DNA of 64,000 nucleotides from Trichoplax sp. H2. Lineage: Eukaryota. Within the stretch, counting starts at the first letter, position 1, and every line of letters starts with the position of its first letter. Below are positions 42,401 through 55,138 of the stretch, in pieces. Where the stretch lies: contig NOWV01000141.1 in NCBI GenBank assembly GCA_003344405.1, positions 1 through 64,000 of the forward strand, in the 5' to 3' direction. A program made the position numbers and the translations under genes. Under the pieces are notes generated by a model. The model was not told where the DNA came from and did not search any database. It saw only the letters and a program-made list of their open reading frames with translations.

Positions 42401-43909
42401 TCCTCCATGTATGACTAAACAGTCGATAATATCGCCATGGTTGTGGATAGCTGCTAGATGCATTAACGTTAATCCATTTTCATCCGGATAATTAATCCTG
42501 TCTTGATGATATCGGGATTTCAACCCTCTTTCCAAATCATCAACTAATCCATTCTTTGCAGCCTATTGCATAGTGTTAAATAGAATCATTCATTTTGAGT
42601 GCCAATTCGCGTTTTTAAGGTGCTAGATGGCACTGTGTTATTCAGTTTCCTTTGTACTTTAAGTTAGCTTTGACTCCTTTTGAGATCTATCCATTACTAT
42701 AAATATTGTAGTAATCATGATCATATTTCGTCATTACAGTAACTGTTTCTCTACTAGATAGCTCGATTGGTTATTTTCTCTATTTGATCGAAATAATTTA
42801 ATTAAAAATCTAGATTATAACGTTTAAATCAAGAGCAATAATTGTATGTATCGTCACCATCAGTTTCATCTAATGGGCTATTAGACATTTTGAAGAAATT
42901 TGATGAAATTTCAATATAGTAAATGGATTCTGTTCCTACGACTATTACCGATGGTAGATATTTCTAGTCAAATACCATCATCATTTGATTACTACAGTAC
43001 TTATCGCAGGGACTTCTCGATAATAATAGAATGAGAGAGAGAGAGAAGGACATTTATTATCGAGAAATTCCTGCTTATAGCTAGTGTATTACAATAACGA
43101 TATACAAATATTTCAGAACTGGAATAATCTATTTTATCATATATAATATGATGGTTGATGCATGATTTGTAATTTGATATACAGTCATTCGCTCTTAAAA
43201 TACCATGTTTAATTAATGTGGCTATGCAGTTAAGATATGTTATAATTCATAAATAACATGATGATTAGTTTTGAATCCTTGATCCTATCGGTTGTCATTA
43301 GCAAATTTTAACAGTAATTAGAGAACGTATACGCTTAAAGTGTTATTCATACTTTTACAGGAATGTAGTATATCAAAAATTACTTATACAGATTCATAAA
43401 CGTTCCCTACACTATAGTCGTAGTTGATAAATTTATAACTTTAAAGAGCGGAGGATATCAGAAGGGAGAAGTAATCTCTTATAAAATGTGGTAATTATCC
43501 ATTATGACAACGTTAGAAAATATATCCTACGATACTGTTATAATAGCTTGTGTTGTTAATTGTTGTTAAGAATTTATAATCGGTTCTTTAATTGATTTTC
43601 ATTGTATTTTAAATGTCCTAATGATGTTGACACTATTCTTAGTTCCGTAGTTGTACTTACTTGATAAACATCAGCTGGACCGACTTTAGTCACTGCCAAG
43701 CTTAAACTGATAAGAGAATTGCCTATCAGCTCAGCGGTTCGAGTTTGCTTTTTTCTCTTTTTGTGTGGTTCCGACGTAGATTGATTCTTTCCTTTAAAAA
43801 TTTGTGTAAAGGGTCGATAGCAAACAGCTGTTGAATCAGAATTTTTCATGTTTTCTTGATCCGATGAATAATCAACGGGGTTTACATCAATTCTATTAAC
43901 CTTGCTCAT
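33405..43909 (-). CDS. TRPA1-like channel, paralog C (most divergent of the three)
   Basis: Exon 1 is MSKVNRID...DVYQ, followed by ankyrin exons (ORFs 42311, 42033, 41732, 40453, 40143, 38829). Pore VMTMMVGELGY, then NIAFANLL|VGLAVGDIHEV; the last exon ends QNQNIT-TAG at 33407-33405. Confidence 0.93.
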
Positions 43910-44644
43910 TATTATTTTTATTTATTGGCATCTAGTTCGACTGAAAGTAAACCGAGACTAAATGGAATCCCTAATTTTCGAACCTCTTCCGAATCAATTT
44001 GTTACGTGTACATTAAAATAATATCTGATCCTATCCAGGTTCTTATATTGTCTATTACATGCTGCTTATGAGTGGTTATTGGCGTTCAAGTTTGCTATAG
44101 CCATCGTGACTTTACATATAGTAGTTACGGTTGTAATATAATTTGCATTTATAATAATGATGTCAGCACAATAACAGCATGTAGAACAATCAGTCAAGGG
44201 AGAAAAACACTATTAATTAAAATACATGAAGAATGGGATAGGCCATTATGCAAATAAGGCCTTCATCTAAGATAGAGTAATACTCAATTAGCCTTTGATA
44301 TCGTATAGTACTCGTAAACGTTCGAGTAGCAGCTTAGCTTGCGATCTGTAAATGGAATTCCATAAATTATCGATAGACCGATAAAAAATATTTTGTAGGT
44401 GCAATAGTTTGGAATAAACGAAGTTTAGAATGTGATTTAGTAGCATTGATTACAAATGGAGTATAAATGGAGATAATTTAACATGTTTGCTTTAGCTTCA
44501 CCAATGATGATATTATTGTGACATCCGATATTTTTGGACGTTTCGATGCGAAATATAGCTCAAGTGGCTCTATTATAATTCCATTTCTGTATCAAAATTT
44601 ACCGCATTCTAAGCTTGTAGTGCTTGAAAATTTAGTAGCAGTCA

Positions 44645-45144
44645 TGAGGTTTTCCATTTATCATCGTCTAAATATGTCAAGTACAAAAATAATTTGTTGT
44701 TGTACGCTGATAAAGCTAAAGATACACCCTTGGACGTTCTGTGTCATGAGTATGGAATTTAAAATTTCACAATCATTCCATTCAAAAACCTTTCAGTAGA
44801 AGCATAAACAACTAGACATATCATGGTGCATCTAGTAGTCTATCAGTCACCATGGATTGCTAAATACTGGTATACCATGGATTACTAGATATATCATAGC
44901 GCGTCTAGTAGTCCATCAGTCATTATGGATTGCTAGATATACCAGGGAGTACTAGATGTATTAGGGTGTATCCAGTAGTGTTCAGTTTTGAGGTTTCCTA
45001 TTTATAAATTATCATCTAAATATGTTAAGCATATGATAACTTGCTCTTGCACGCAGTACAAAGTTAAAGATGCAGCGTTGAGACAAGCTGTGCTGCAAAT
45101 ATGGAATTGAAAATTTTACAATCACTCCATCCAAAAACGTTTCA
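44645..45144. repeat. Two diverged ~155-bp direct repeats (about 44645-44796 and 44989-45145) enclosing a ~70-bp internal tandem repeat
   Basis: Both copies read TGAGGTTT...TCTAAATATG...AAAG.TAAAGAT...TATGGAATT.AAAATTT.ACAATCA.TCCAT.CAAAAAC.TTTCAG. The interior repeats CTAGTAGTC.ATCAGTCA..ATGGATTGCTA. Confidence 0.65.
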
Positions 45145-46690
45145 GATCATTCAGCAGAGCTTGTAAATAAAATAGCTACTGGTATTGAGAAACACTGCCA
45201 ATAAGCCGCAGATGTTCTACTTCTACCTCGCAATGGGTGTCTGTACGTACTTGCCAAACAGATTTTTTCAAGGGTGCGCCATCTTATGACGGTAGCTCTA
45301 CGTTATTCATGATTTCTACATACTGCAAATAAACGCGTGAGTATGGATAGCTATCCAATCAGTTATACCACGACTACACCTTATATATTAATTAATTACA
45401 TATACATCGATTTTAATAACGTTATTGGCTACACAAGTAGCGCAAAATGTCGCCCAAGTCGACCAGTCTACACACTAATAAAGTGGTGAGGCAAGAATAG
45501 TGCCTTGAAAGATTTTGCAGGAACTTGTAGCACTTTCTCTCATCGCTATTGGGACTTCTAAAAGATGAAGAGAAGGTGTATATTCCTTTCTGCAGAAGTA
45601 AAAGAAAATTACCTCCATGGTTCATGTCATAAAATTCATATCCAAAGAAAACATCAGCGGATGGTAACCACTTTTCATTATAAATTCATTTATTTATTTA
45701 TTGGGAGGCTAATGTCAGCTGAGGATGAGAACTAACGAATTGCAGAAAGACTTGACTTTACATACAAGTGGTAAAGTATCATCTGCCACCTTTCAAGTTA
45801 CTATAGTTTCCTAATTAATACAGTAAGAGCTTCTACTAACACCATTGCGCCATATATGATCATCTACCTTTCCAAATGCGGGGTAGATAACAACCGATTA
45901 TAGTATTAATTTACTATTAGTCGACAACACCATTATAATCATCATGATCGAGAGGATATCTCTACTAATATAGGATCTCCTATATTAATGCTAACAGTTC
46001 TTTAAGATAGTTCAATTTCGCGACAGGCCCTATCAGGGATTATAATTCATCGAGCAAGAAGGACTGACGACGAAAATTCATTACCAACCATTTGCTCGGG
46101 GGCCCTTTTGCTAGTCATTTTAACTGTACCGCAAGACTGGAACCGTACGTCGCACTGTGCACAAAATGCCTAGTAGCTGCTTGAGAACGCATCTATCAAC
46201 AATGTACGCTTCCAGACGTAGAGTAGAGTTCTTATGATCAGCGATATCACCTTATATCAGCTTGTTCGTTATTGGCAATCAAAAGTCTTTACTAATTCCT
46301 GCCTTTCCTCTTCATGTTTTAATGTTTAGCCGTTGCTGGTAGCATCGAGGTTTTACCTCCATGGCTACTACTGTAATTCCATTAGCGGCAACATCCTATA
46401 CTGTAGTATAGTAGTGGAACCTTGGTAAAGCACATGATACTGTGGAGAATTGAATTTTCATGGCTTGACTCAGTAAAGTATACTGGCATCAATGGACCAA
46501 CAGTACTGCATTCCATCATCTAGATCACACACTTTCTTCCACCAAGTTAATACACACTTCTACCTATTGAATTCGATTGCTTATGATCCTCTATGGACGA
46601 TAATTATTCACTCTTTTCGCCTCGAATTAGATGCTTAAGGTTAGCTGGATTTAGCTATCCGACATCTTTGAAAGGCTAGCTCATCGACAA

Positions 46691-46698
46691 CACGTGAC
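46691..46698. promoter_or_regulatory. E-box (CACGTGAC) about 170 bp upstream of the RRP9 start codon
   Basis: Motif read directly from the sequence; function is inferred. Confidence 0.4.
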
Positions 46699-46867
46699 TA
46701 ACATTGGTAACGGACATCTAGACGAGCGGAATCACTCGAAGCATGAGATCCATGACCAAAACCATAACTGCCATCTATCCGCTTTTGATACCTGGAAGTG
46801 GAAATTTCTAATTTGGTGCTAAATATCATCGCTTTAAGTCCTGATTATCGATCGATGGAGTAGGAAA

Positions 46868-49800
46868 ATGTCTTCCAATTTTTTTATTACCAACGAAAAA
46901 CGGCGAAAAGGTGCCGGTCGACCGGCCAAAAAGGTGAATAAGTTGTAGAATAGGTAGTTTAGCTGGACTGATAGTCATGAAAATGGCTGCATGCATTCTT
47001 TCATTCCTGATGATGGAATGAAAGATTATTAATGGGTGGTAGTTACAGATGCAATGTAGTAGATGTAGAGCGATGCTTGATATAAAGTAATATTGAAGTT
47101 ATATTGTGCTATGACATGGTTGATATTGTTAATATTAGATGAAAGGAAGTAAGAGAAATGCTATCGTAGATGAAGAAATTCCAAGTGATGATGAAGAAAT
47201 ACAAGCTTCCACTCATAGGAGCGATGAACATTCAGAGGATGAATATGATAGTGAAACTGCAGAGGATAAGCGCTTAAGACTTGCCAAAGAATATCTTAGA
47301 CATTTAGAGCAAGAAGGTAGCGAAACTCACTAGTCAGACAATGATGCGTACAATCTTGCCAATAGGCCATGTTTCGTCAATGTGCTGTACACAGCTCAAC
47401 AGGAAGCACTAGTTTACTATTGTGCACAATTGAATTCTTCATTAATGAATCGGCCCTCTTCTGTTTGCTTAGAATTGCAAGATCAGCAATCAAAAGACAC
47501 TGCACATGATGCAATTGCACACCGTTTAAAAGAAGAATTTGTAAGGATTACATTAGCTAAGATTTTGATTCTAAATATCATTGATTATAATAGCGCTTCA
47601 TTATCGCATTTCAATGATATAGTTAGACCACAGTGGAAAGCAACAAAAATTATTATGCGATGAAGTAAGTGCAACTTCGATTTAATTTTTACTTATAAAT
47701 TGACTGGATAATGACTACTATTCATAAAATAACAACAAAAAGATAATCGGCTTCTTATGTAGATTCTTTATGTTACTTATGATGTGGTAAAATATACTTT
47801 TACGATGACTGATTCATAAAATAAGAACAGGAAATAATTAATCGGCTTCTTATGTAAATTCTGTTTCTTACTTGTGACGAGATAAAATATCCTTTACGGT
47901 TAAATATCGATATCTAGTTGTTGATTGTAAAATTACTGTTCATCAGCTATTCTAATAGCGGCATAATTGGATCCATTTATTTCACAGTGTATTGAACCAG
48001 ATCCTGATAAAATCATCAAGTTACAGGGACACAAACTCAGTGTCACTTGTGTAGCATTCTCTCATGATGGTAAATTTGTCTATAGTGGTTCAAAGGATAG
48101 TTCTATAATCAAGTGTAAGTCCTCACGCATGAATTGATACCAAAAGAATGGAAGTAATATACTATTTCTATGCACATGATTGGATTGGATTGGCTAAGAA
48201 CCTTTAGTGTTTTTATAATTACTGTTAGTTATGCTAATCTTTCATTTTACAGGGGATTTAGAAACTTTTAAGAAAGTAAAAGTATTTCATGGCTTCCATA
48301 AAGCTGGCGAAGGGAAAGGACATAAAGGACACATCCTATGTTTAGATGTCAGCTCGGATTGTAAATACATGGTAAGTAATAGCCTAAGAGCTTATACATC
48401 ACCATTGTCAAGTAACGTTAGGTAGGCTTATTCTACAACAGTATATTGTAATCGAAAATTTGTTAATTACAAATAAAACAGGCGAGTGGTGGGCAGGATA
48501 AACTTGTATACTTATGGGATTTAGAGAAGGAAGAAGTTTGTTATATATTCAAAGGACATAAAGATATAATTACGGTTAGTTTCGTGTGACTCACTTTGTA
48601 AATTATATTAACGTATTGAACTCCTTACTATATTACTTACTCATTGTCATTTAACATTCCTGCGCTGGCTTTAATGCCACTATAAAAACTCATAACTAGT
48701 GTAAGATTGATATTTCATTGCTTACAAAAGTAATACCGATTAATAAGATTGAATAAGTGAGAAAATCTTAGTATTTTCTGCTAGTAATGTCGCTATTTTG
48801 TAACCGTGGTGTACATTGGTTTTAATACATCTTTACAGAATATGTCAATACAACTGCTTACTACGTTATCCCTTAAACTCTTCCTTTATTATATTTGTGT
48901 ACGAGAATATATGCACGCGCTATTATTCACTAACGCTAAGTTGGATTTTATACATGATGTCAAGGGCTTGCGATTTCGCCATAATTCTCACGAATTGTAT
49001 AGCACTTCCAAAGATAGATCAGTGAAAGTATGGAGCGTGGATGAAAGGGCATACGTTGAAACATTGTATGTTGCAATACTGTATATGTAGTATTAAACGC
49101 TTGGATGACTATATTTAACCGTGGATTGACAGTAAAATGCAACTTCATTTTTTTTTTCATAGATTTGGTCATCAAGACGCAGTTTTAGGTATCGATTGTC
49201 TCAGGCGGCAGCGACCTGTTACTGCTGGTGGTCGTGATTGTAGTATTCATGTCTGGAAAATTATTGACGAGAGCTATTTGAAATTCGAAACCAACAAAAG
49301 GTTAACTTTTCAAAATAAAATGTGATTTAAATCAATGTTTGACAATCAATCTATCGTAAAGGGTACGTCTTACTCTATGCGTGAAAATATAAAGGTACAC
49401 GTTGCAAATAGTTCCATTCTCAGTATTCAGTGACAGGTGTAACTCTTGTTGGACAACTACTGACGATAATTGGTTAAATTCAATATTTATTGAACACTTA
49501 TAATACATGAATATGATACATAAACATTTAGAGGATCCATGGAATGCCTCTGCATGCTTAATGAAGATAACTATCTTTCTGGCACTGATGACGGGTAATG
49601 ATGCAATTGATTATGTTTCTAGTGATAAAATAGCTGCTAAATTTTACGTTGAAATATAGTAAAATTGATATTAATTGGATATAACTTTGTAAAACGTGCA
49701 TTGTAAGATCGCTGATAACATGGAATATTCACAAAAAGAGGCCAACTTTTACCAGAGATAACGCTCACGGATCAAATCCGCAAAGAAACCTTCCAACAGA

Positions 49801-50457
49801 TGATTCTTGGATCATCTCTGTAGCGTCGGTTCCTTATAGTGATCTAGCTATAAGTGGTACATCTAAACTTGATATAATCTTTTCAACTTTCAACATTATC
49901 TTAACGTCCAATTTTGTTTTATCGTTCATCACTGTTTTGATCATGAACGTATGCAGGTTCAAATGATAATCAATTACGATTATGGCGAAGCAGCCGTGAC
50001 TATACAACATTAAGTCCACTTTTTTCTGTCGATGTGGTAAGTTAACTATCTATGCCTCGCAACTGACTCGGCTCATACTGTTGTAAATGTATAAACTGTT
50101 CAGTGACGCTTATCCTAAAGCTTCATGCAGAAATCTCGTTTCTCACTGCATATACAATCAGTTTCAATTCGTTGATGTTTTTTTTTCAATAACACTAAAG
50201 GTGGTAGGATAGTACAGTAAAATACAATGATATATAAATTACTTGTTTCTACTAATATATCATACATTCAGTTACTATAATTGATTAATAATTGTATAAT
50301 TTCGATAACACAGCCAGGTTTCATCAATGGACTAGCTCTAAGTCATAATGGCCAATTTATAGCATGCGCTATTGGTCAAGAGCACAAATTAGGAAGATGG
50401 TGGCATTTACAGCATGTCAAGAATTGCGTATGCATTATCGATTTGCGAAATGCTTGA
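46868..50457 (+). CDS. RRP9: U3 snoRNP-associated WD40 protein (U3-55K/RRP9), 13 coding exons
   Basis: Spliced ORF MSSNFFITNEKRRK...ETAEDKRLRLAKEYL...AIAHRLKEE...GHKLSVTCV...SGSKDSSIIKW...SKDRSVKVWSVDERAYVETLFGHQD...IGQEHKLGRWW...RNA-TGA (50455-50457). All introns are GT-AG; AATAAA at about 50482. Confidence 0.95.
47712..47899. repeat. ~93-bp tandem duplication in an RRP9 intron
   Basis: ATTCATAAAATAA.AACA...TAATCGGCTTCTTATGTA.ATTCT...TTACTT.TGA...TAAAATAT..TTTACG occurs twice. Confidence 0.8.
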
Positions 50458-51455
50458 TCAACGATGTATTATTTGGAATAGAATAAAAATGAATGACAAT
50501 TTTATCAGAGTTAAAATTAATTGTGAATCTGAAATTCTTGCTCCATATTGATATCTATTCAGTTAAAATGAACAGATTTATTCCAGGTCTAGCATTAAGA
50601 AGTCCTTTTACGTTTTTAATATAAGTTTAGAGATTTCGCAGGTTAATGCATTTAAAGTGAAAGGTATCCGTAAATAATTGCCGTTATCAGCATAATATGC
50701 CAGGACAATTTTGTAAAACAACCCATGACTCCAAACTGTTATAAAGTTGGAAAAACTATTGAACTTGTTAATTAGTTACTTTTTTTGAGTATGATTGACA
50801 CATAAACTGTAAAGGGTAACATGATAATAATAATAATGATAATATTAATAAGGCGACTATGATCGCTCATCATTGTTACGTCTAGACTGATAAAAGCAAT
50901 CGAGATGATAACATGACATATGGTGAATAAGATTGCCTGGTCATTCTCGAAGTTGATTAGTTCTACATTTGAGTAATAATAATCAATAAGGCCATTTACT
51001 GGTGATTAACTTCTTCAATCACGATAACAGTCTCCAATCAGAATGAAGCCTTCCACAACGATGTGAAAACCAAGTTAGGTACATCTACGTACTGTTGATA
51101 TGCACAGCAAGTATTAGTAGATAAATTGTTGTATTCCACATCTTTAGTCAAGTCAATAAGGGCGGAAATAAACTATAGCAAATAGGTATCTCAATTAAAA
51201 CATTACATTACATGTCTACTTTTAAACGCTGAATCCAAATTATAAGGTGAAGAAATCTAAACGTCATAGCGAGAGAGAAAAAAAGAAAGTCATAAAATTA
51301 TTGATACAATAATGGTGATTTTAAAAAAAAAATGACTCCTTTACTGATTATTCCAGTGAAATGAAAAACTTGATTTTTTTCGGGGGGATGCCATAACCAC
51401 GAATATTGATCATTAATACGTCAATTTATTCATAATGATAGTAGTAATAACAGGC

Positions 51456-54177
51456 CTAAGCTATCAATACTTTAACCATGATCAATAGTAAATGATCTTG
51501 CGATAAATATCCTTGATTTATACGCGGATATGCTTCCATCAAGTGATTATTGGAAAACTGGCATGGTGGAAAGACATGAACAATACACTCTACATTATCA
51601 GCCATTTCCAACATAACAACACCGGCAGCATCCTTTTGTCGCAAATACATTACCAAATTGCGAAATTCACGACCAGTTAGATTGGCATCGTCTTCAGGCG
51701 ATATCTCATCTTTAGTAAATTCATTTCGATCCATGGCTAGAACGTAACAAAAGTTGGAAGGTCCAGCATTTTCAATTCTTTTATTCACCTCACCTAATTT
51801 TTCATTATCAAGACGTAAACGTTGTGTAATTCGAAATGGACTTTGAGGACTTGACCAATCGATGTTATCCATAATTGAATCAGCAAAGTCCATACTTCCT
51901 GATACAAAAAACAATCTAGTCATAAATTTACTACTTTTAAGTAAAAATGAAGTATCCCAATGTTTAAATTTCTCTTGTATAATGAAAGATGTTAATCCAT
52001 CGGGTGCAGTATGTCCTTCATATTCAATCGGTGATTCTTTATCGGCTGATGATGCACGCATTAAGGCGTTATTCTTATCATTGGAAGGTGAGCGCGGTTC
52101 ATGGATCCAATCTCTCTCTTCTCGGTTATCCCTTGTTTCATCATCGGCGTGAATTGATCCTTCTGGTGTATATTCTCTTCTTTCACGATGTCGATGTGGT
52201 TCATCGTAATTACTGTAAGACGATGACGAAGGCCTAGGAGAAGAAACCCATTCTGTGCTTTTACCTCCAGCGCTACCAGGTCTACGATCATGGCCAGAAT
52301 GAGGTGAATAGGGTTTCCTATTACTTCTTCTACCAGCATAATCTTGGCGCCTTTCTTCACTTCGACGACGAGGCACAGGGGGCTACAAAGTGGATAACAA
52401 TAAAACAAAAAAAAATATCTATCAAATCCAAAAATAGTCAATTGGTATGTCCAATTCTATTTGATGTTTTCATTTATGTCATCCATTATTCATTTACTGC
52501 AATAAATTGTAGTGTACGACAAGAAGCTATAGACTACAGTGGTATAATAAAAAAANNNNNNNNNNNNNNNNNNNNNNNNNNNNAAAAAAAAGAATGGAAA
52601 AAGATAAAAATACAGTACAACGCAATGCTATGTCATCATTACGATCATTACCAATGGAAAGATCTATTTTACATCTTAATTAGTATTGATCAGGGCAGAA
52701 AAAAAAAAGAAGCCATGACCATTAATGGTGTTATTGTTTAGCTTACATTATCTCGTTGATAGTAGTCATCACGATGGCTACTACTACTGCGATCGGTATA
52801 CGATCGTTGGTTGTAATAGTCGCCTTCTTCTCTTCGACTACTACGCGACTCGACGATATCATGATGGGAATCATTACCATCATCGTCATCATGGCGTTGC
52901 TGACGATCACGAAATGATGTAGCAGTAAAATATTGATGTTGTGTATCCACATATTCGACTTCGACATGGCGTCCAGTACGGCCGAAAGTATTATGAGTTA
53001 ATTCTTCAAATGCAGCTTTGGAAGCATCTACGGTAGCAAATTCCACTTCAGCATATTTATTATTCTTGTAATCATAATCGACTTCACGTAGCGCTCCAAA
53101 ACGATCGCATTCTTGCTCAATGATATTTCGATTGATCCATGTTCCTAAACCGCCAAGCCATAATCGCTTACTTGGATAAACTTTACCGTAGCCAATTTTA
53201 ATACGATTTCTACCCAAGACATTGCCATCCATTTCACTCTTGGCTTTATCGGCTTCACGAATTGTGGCTAACTTGATAAAAGCATAACCTACAAATTGGC
53301 CACGATGTCGCTTGACATCCATATCGATGATAGTATAACGGCCAAAAATACGGCGTAATTCGTAATTGCTAATGGATGTATCTAAGTTGCCGATAAATAA
53401 AGTTCGATTGGGGATATCTTCCAAGAATTCCATTTGCTGTTGTTGATTGTTATAGTAACCGCTACCAGAACGATTGGAAGTGATAGGGGTATTTCTGCGG
53501 CCACCTTGTTTCCAATCTTGGCGTCGGTGTGTATTACTGGATTGTGAGTAATCGTCTTCTACATCGATACGACTTGGATATTGCCTTCGATTATCACGAC
53601 CCCGATTGCTATAGAATTCGCTGGAATCATCGCTTCGAATATCGTCCATGTCATCTTGAGGATTACCTTGGTAATATTCAACATTGACAGGGCGATCAAA
53701 GACATAGATTGAATTTTGTTCGCAAAAACTTTTGGCTTCACGACATTGTGTATTATGCTTGAAATTGATTACACCATATCGACTTTTACCAAAACCCTGG
53801 ACATGAATGGATGGTTGGCCAAATTTTTTAAATTGATAATACAATTTATTTTCAATATCTTCATCGCTACGATCTCGAGGTAAATTGGTAATTTTCAATT
53901 TTAATCGTCCACTTGTATCGGTATCACGTCGATGGCGATCGGGATAACTTCGATGCGATGGAACTTCTACTACTTTACGCTTGATACGATCATCCATATT
54001 ATGGTAGCCACTGCTATGTTGAGAATGATGATAATTAGGCGATCTTGACGATTGTGGTTGAGATGGTCGGCCAGGAGAAGCCATTCGTTCACGTTTGCCA
54101 TACATTGCTGATTGACGATCATGCCTGAGATCGTGACGAAGATCACCGGAGAAATCTCTTCCTACCTTACGTTTCAT
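51456..54177 (-). CDS. RBM15: RBM15/Spenito-family RNA-binding protein (3 RRM + C-terminal SPOC), two exons: 54177-52747 and 52382-51456
   Basis: RRMs LKITNLP...FKKFG, RTLFIGNLD...YAFIKL...IKIGYGK and KRLWLGGLG...FG. SPOC motifs QRLRLDNEKL, LVMYLRQKDAAGVV and HVFPPCQFS. Phase-0 intron AAT|GTAAGC...TGTAG|CCC. First ATG at 54177 (the ORF track start at 54219 is TTG). Confidence 0.93.
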
Positions 54178-54548
54178 GTTGAATTCCTTACGATACAAAC
54201 AACGATCAATTGCCTTCAAACCTACTACGATCGATGATGGGACAAGAAACTTTCAAAGTGCTACGTTTCTTTTCCTTTTTTTCTCCACCTCTATTACACA
54301 AATAGCGGCGAAATGCAATCCAAAAAAGAGTCGAAAAGAGATCCAGCCACGCTGCTGCTTCTTCAGTCAATTCCACTGGAATAAAGAGTGACGATGTGCC
54401 AATACAGTCTGCCCTTGTCCTCCACTTAGCCCATACATTTCTCTAATAGGAAAGCATCGGTTTGGGTTACAATACTCTTGACACTAGGCCATACTAGACT
54501 GGAAAAAGGGCAAGGCGATGACCTCTATTCTTCACCTGGGCCCTCAAT

Positions 54549-54584
54549 CAAAATGGCGGCCACAATAGGATACAGTGCGCATGC
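54549..54584. promoter_or_regulatory. YY1-like (CAAAATGGCGGCC) and NRF1-like (TGCGCATGC) motifs upstream of RBM15
   Basis: Motifs at 54549-54561 and 54576-54584, about 370-400 bp upstream of the ATG in a locally GC-richer stretch. Confidence 0.45.
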
Positions 54585-55138
54585 CTGGATCTTAGTACTG
54601 TATGCGTGGTAGTATAGGACTGTAGAGAGCGATCGGACAATAGAGGAGAGAGTAGGGTATGAGGTAGTCGTGTGGAAAAGACTCTTTAGTACAGCAATCG
54701 ACGAGCGTACACTACATGCTATCATGGATCATCGCTTATGCCGGTTAGAAAGCAATGGTTGCTGGCTAACCCTTTGCTTTCCATGCCGTCATTGGCATAC
54801 AATCAGCAGCCATCGACAGTACGGTATAGGATAGAAAATGGGCCATTTTTATCTACAACACTGTACAGTAGAGACCCTTCAAATTCGACAACTGGACACT
54901 TGACATGGTCATCATCCACCGATGACTACATGTCAAGTCCTTGCTGGTCTACGACCTGCAAATAAAGTCATCAATTGATACAAGCCTCCAATCCACTGTT
55001 TATTCCATGCAAAGCGCCCATTACGTTGAAGCATGGACATGCCATAACTAGGGTATATACTACAATGAATGTCATGTCAATGGATTCTCTTCCTTTTCTT
55101 CATGCATACTGAAGTAGTGAAGGGAAATGGACCCATGC

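Noticed and set aside
1305-43909. TRPN/NompC or a plain ankyrin protein identity
   Set aside because: About 16-17 rather than about 29 ankyrin repeats, and the S6 NLL(I/V)GLAVGDI motif and pre-S1 layout are TRPA-type.
45120-46760. Possible gene between TRPA paralog C and RRP9 (ORF 45422-45625 and GC-richer patches)
   Set aside because: I could not assemble a consistent spliced frame or recognise a domain; left unannotated.
51862-53741. Overlapping or antisense ORFs (51862, 51989, 52061, 52304, 52725, 52743, 53559)
   Set aside because: These are shadow frames of the RBM15 coding sequence with no recognisable domain; one spans an N-gap.
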